Part shown: positions 61,763-64,000 of the stretch, in pieces
Layout of the letters: each line of letters opens with the position of its first letter
Position numbering within the stretch: position 1 is the first letter of the stretch
Assembly: GCA_043228905.1 (NCBI GenBank)
Contig: JBHGNT010000012.1
Span: forward strand, 19,530,001-19,594,000
Direction: 5' to 3'
DNA length: 64,000 nt
From: Azolla caroliniana
Lineage: Eukaryota > Plantae > Polypodiophyta
Translations under genes and position numbers: made by a program
Notes under the pieces: generated by a model
Databases searched by the model: none
What the model was told of the DNA's origin: nothing
What the model saw: the letters and a program-made list of their open reading frames with translations, nothing else

Positions 61763-62290
61763 AAGATTTGTGTCAATCTGAGAGAATTTGGATTTCCTGT
61801 TTTGTCTATTTTTTGTCTTGACCTTTTAAAGTGAATTCAAACTAATCCTATGGTTTCATAATAGTAATTCATGGAAATGTTTTTTGTGCACGTCCTTACG
61901 AAGGAAAAAAATGGTTGGTGAGTATTCACAAATGTTGAGTGTAAACTATGTGCTCACTTCTATCACTTGATGGTTTTTAGAATTGGAGTTCCCCACCTGC
62001 ACACACTGTAATCGTTTCCTTATGATGCATTGGCTTGCATAAGATTTGTGTCAATCTGAGAGAATTTGGATTTCCTGTTTTTTCTAGTTTTAGTCTCGAC
62101 CTTTTAAATTTCAAAATAATCTTATGGTGTCATTATAGTAATTCATGGAAATGTTTCTATTACGTGTCAGTACGAAGAAAAAATGGTTGTTAGTATTTGC
62201 CAATGTTGAGTATTAACTACATTCTCACATCTATCATCTGATGGGTGTAGAATGAGAGTTTCCCCACACAGTGTATTTGTTTTCTTATGT
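61763..62290 (+). repeat. Tandem duplication (period 278 bp) of the EF1B 3' UTR
   Basis: AAGATTTGTGTCAATCTGAGAGAATTTGGATTTCCTGTTT at 61763 and 62041, with diverged continuation. Confidence 0.9.
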
Positions 62291-64000
62291 ATTTGGGGGT
62301 CTAACTGGAATGCCCACTTAGTCTCATTTCCTTGGACTTTGAATTTGTTTAATAAGAGACTGTTTTGAGACAGGGTTGTCCTATGTGCAAAGTTTGAAAT
62401 AAATGTGTCATTAGAACACTAAATAAATCCATCCATCTGTCAACCAAGCTACATTTGGAAGTAAGGGCAGTTCTTAATGGATCACATAAGGATTCCATGG
62501 GGGGACTAAATCTGCTGATAGGCGAATTATGGCTTGCTATGAGATTCTGATGGTATGAAAGTCGCTATGAGATTCTAACTGCTTTCTGTCATGCTTGATT
62601 ACCTGCCAACCTTGCCCAAGTACTCAATAAATTAAGGTTAGAGCTTGACTAAAGTTGATACTTGGGAATAATTGTGTGTTACCAATTTGTATGTTGAAAG
62701 TTCTTTTTATATCGGATATTTCTTATGTTCTAATTTGTTTTTAACAAAGGATAAAGAGTAATTTGTATGTTATTTGGATTCTCATCAAGTAATGGATTAT
62801 TATCTTGTTTGCATTCACCCTGTTGAAGGGGAATAAATGCTCATTTTTCTCTGAATAGGATGCATGCCAGGTATCTTTTTACAATTACTTTGGGGTATAA
62901 CATCTTTTGCCTTTGCCCATGAAGAAAATTAATGAGAAGCACTCAAACATGCAAAAGAGAAGAGAAACAAAGAGTGTTTTTAACAGAGTTTGTGATACAC
63001 TAATCAGTTTGCACAATGCAATTTGTCTAGTTGTATGGACGTGTAAGATTGATATTCCATGAATCTTTTTCAAATTTCTGGAAATTTCCAAATATAGAAT
63101 GAAGAATTATCTTGCGTTTGTGTACATGAAATAAATGAGACGATTGGTATCCACAAAAGAACCAATTACCAAATATTAATAAGTTGTATTAACAACAAAT
63201 AATAAGAAGTTAATGTTGTGAAAATGTGCAAGTTCATAAATTACCTTGTAACTAGTTATGGTCCCAGTTTTTGCTCAAATCTAGTTGAACCATTAAGCCA
63301 TGGTTTAATGGTTTGTTGGTTCCCATATATTTCAACGGTGTGGTTTGCTTCTATAACTTGGATTTATTGGTTTATATGTCTAAATGTTTCGGGCCAATGG
63401 TTTGTTGGTTTTTTATTAACTTTTAACTTTTATTTATTTTCTGAATTGTTTATTTATTTAATGGTTTAATCAATGTTTTTTTTATTGATTTAATAATTTA
63501 ACTATGCTTAATTAATGTCATGGTTTATTGTTTAATGTTTTCTTATTTATTGAAATTAATTAAGTTAACTTAAATGTTTATTTTAATTTAATGTACTTTT
63601 GTTTATTTAATTTTTTAATTGATTCGACTTAAATGGTTAGGTTTAAAATTTTGATTAGATGATTTGGTTTGCCACAACTTTCTCTTTACGATCTGGTTTA
63701 TCTTTTCCTTAGAATGTTTGATTTAAGTGGCTCGAGAGTTCCTAAACAGTTTGGTTTGGTAATTTGTTTTCTATACCTTGAAATTGTGCTCCATATCTGC
63801 TTGTAACTATCTATACTCTATAGTTCTGTAACATGTTTGGCTTGATCAAATCGCAAATAAGGGCAATAAAGTAATTAGTTATGTTGTTAGAAATAAGGTA
63901 GGTGGATGTTTTAATTAGTTTAGGTAAATGTATATATGGTCAAATGTTTTAGTATTTCTTCTTGATCTTCTAGACTTCTTGCTCCTTGAAGACAAAAGCT

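Overview
Land-plant nuclear DNA; the retroelement types suggest a non-flowering plant, but that is inference. Bases ~1-48,200 are a nest of decayed LTR retrotransposons. There are five Ty1/Copia pieces, one structurally complete at 42900-48184 (TSD TTTCA), and two tRNA-Trp-primed Ty3/Gypsy remnants. One complete Gypsy (11300-21197, 435-bp LTRs, TSD GGAGG) carries a ~936-codon extra ORF. Between these lie an MRM1/SpoU methyltransferase pseudogene, a spliced orphan acidic-repeat reading frame followed by an array of ~45-bp palindromes, a degenerate tRNA-Pro cluster and several minisatellites. The right end has two intact host genes, an intronless DREB2-type AP2/ERF factor (53789-55396) and a 7-exon elongation factor 1-beta (59304-61717), with a U6 snRNA pseudogene between them. 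The most striking observation is that the complete Gypsy has no polypurine tract. Instead it has a tRNA-Arg-type primer-binding site inside each LTR on opposite strands, and the same module recurs in a second element at 6315-6340. This suggests, as an untested hypothesis, that both cDNA strands are tRNA-primed. All coordinates and mismatch counts were read by eye.
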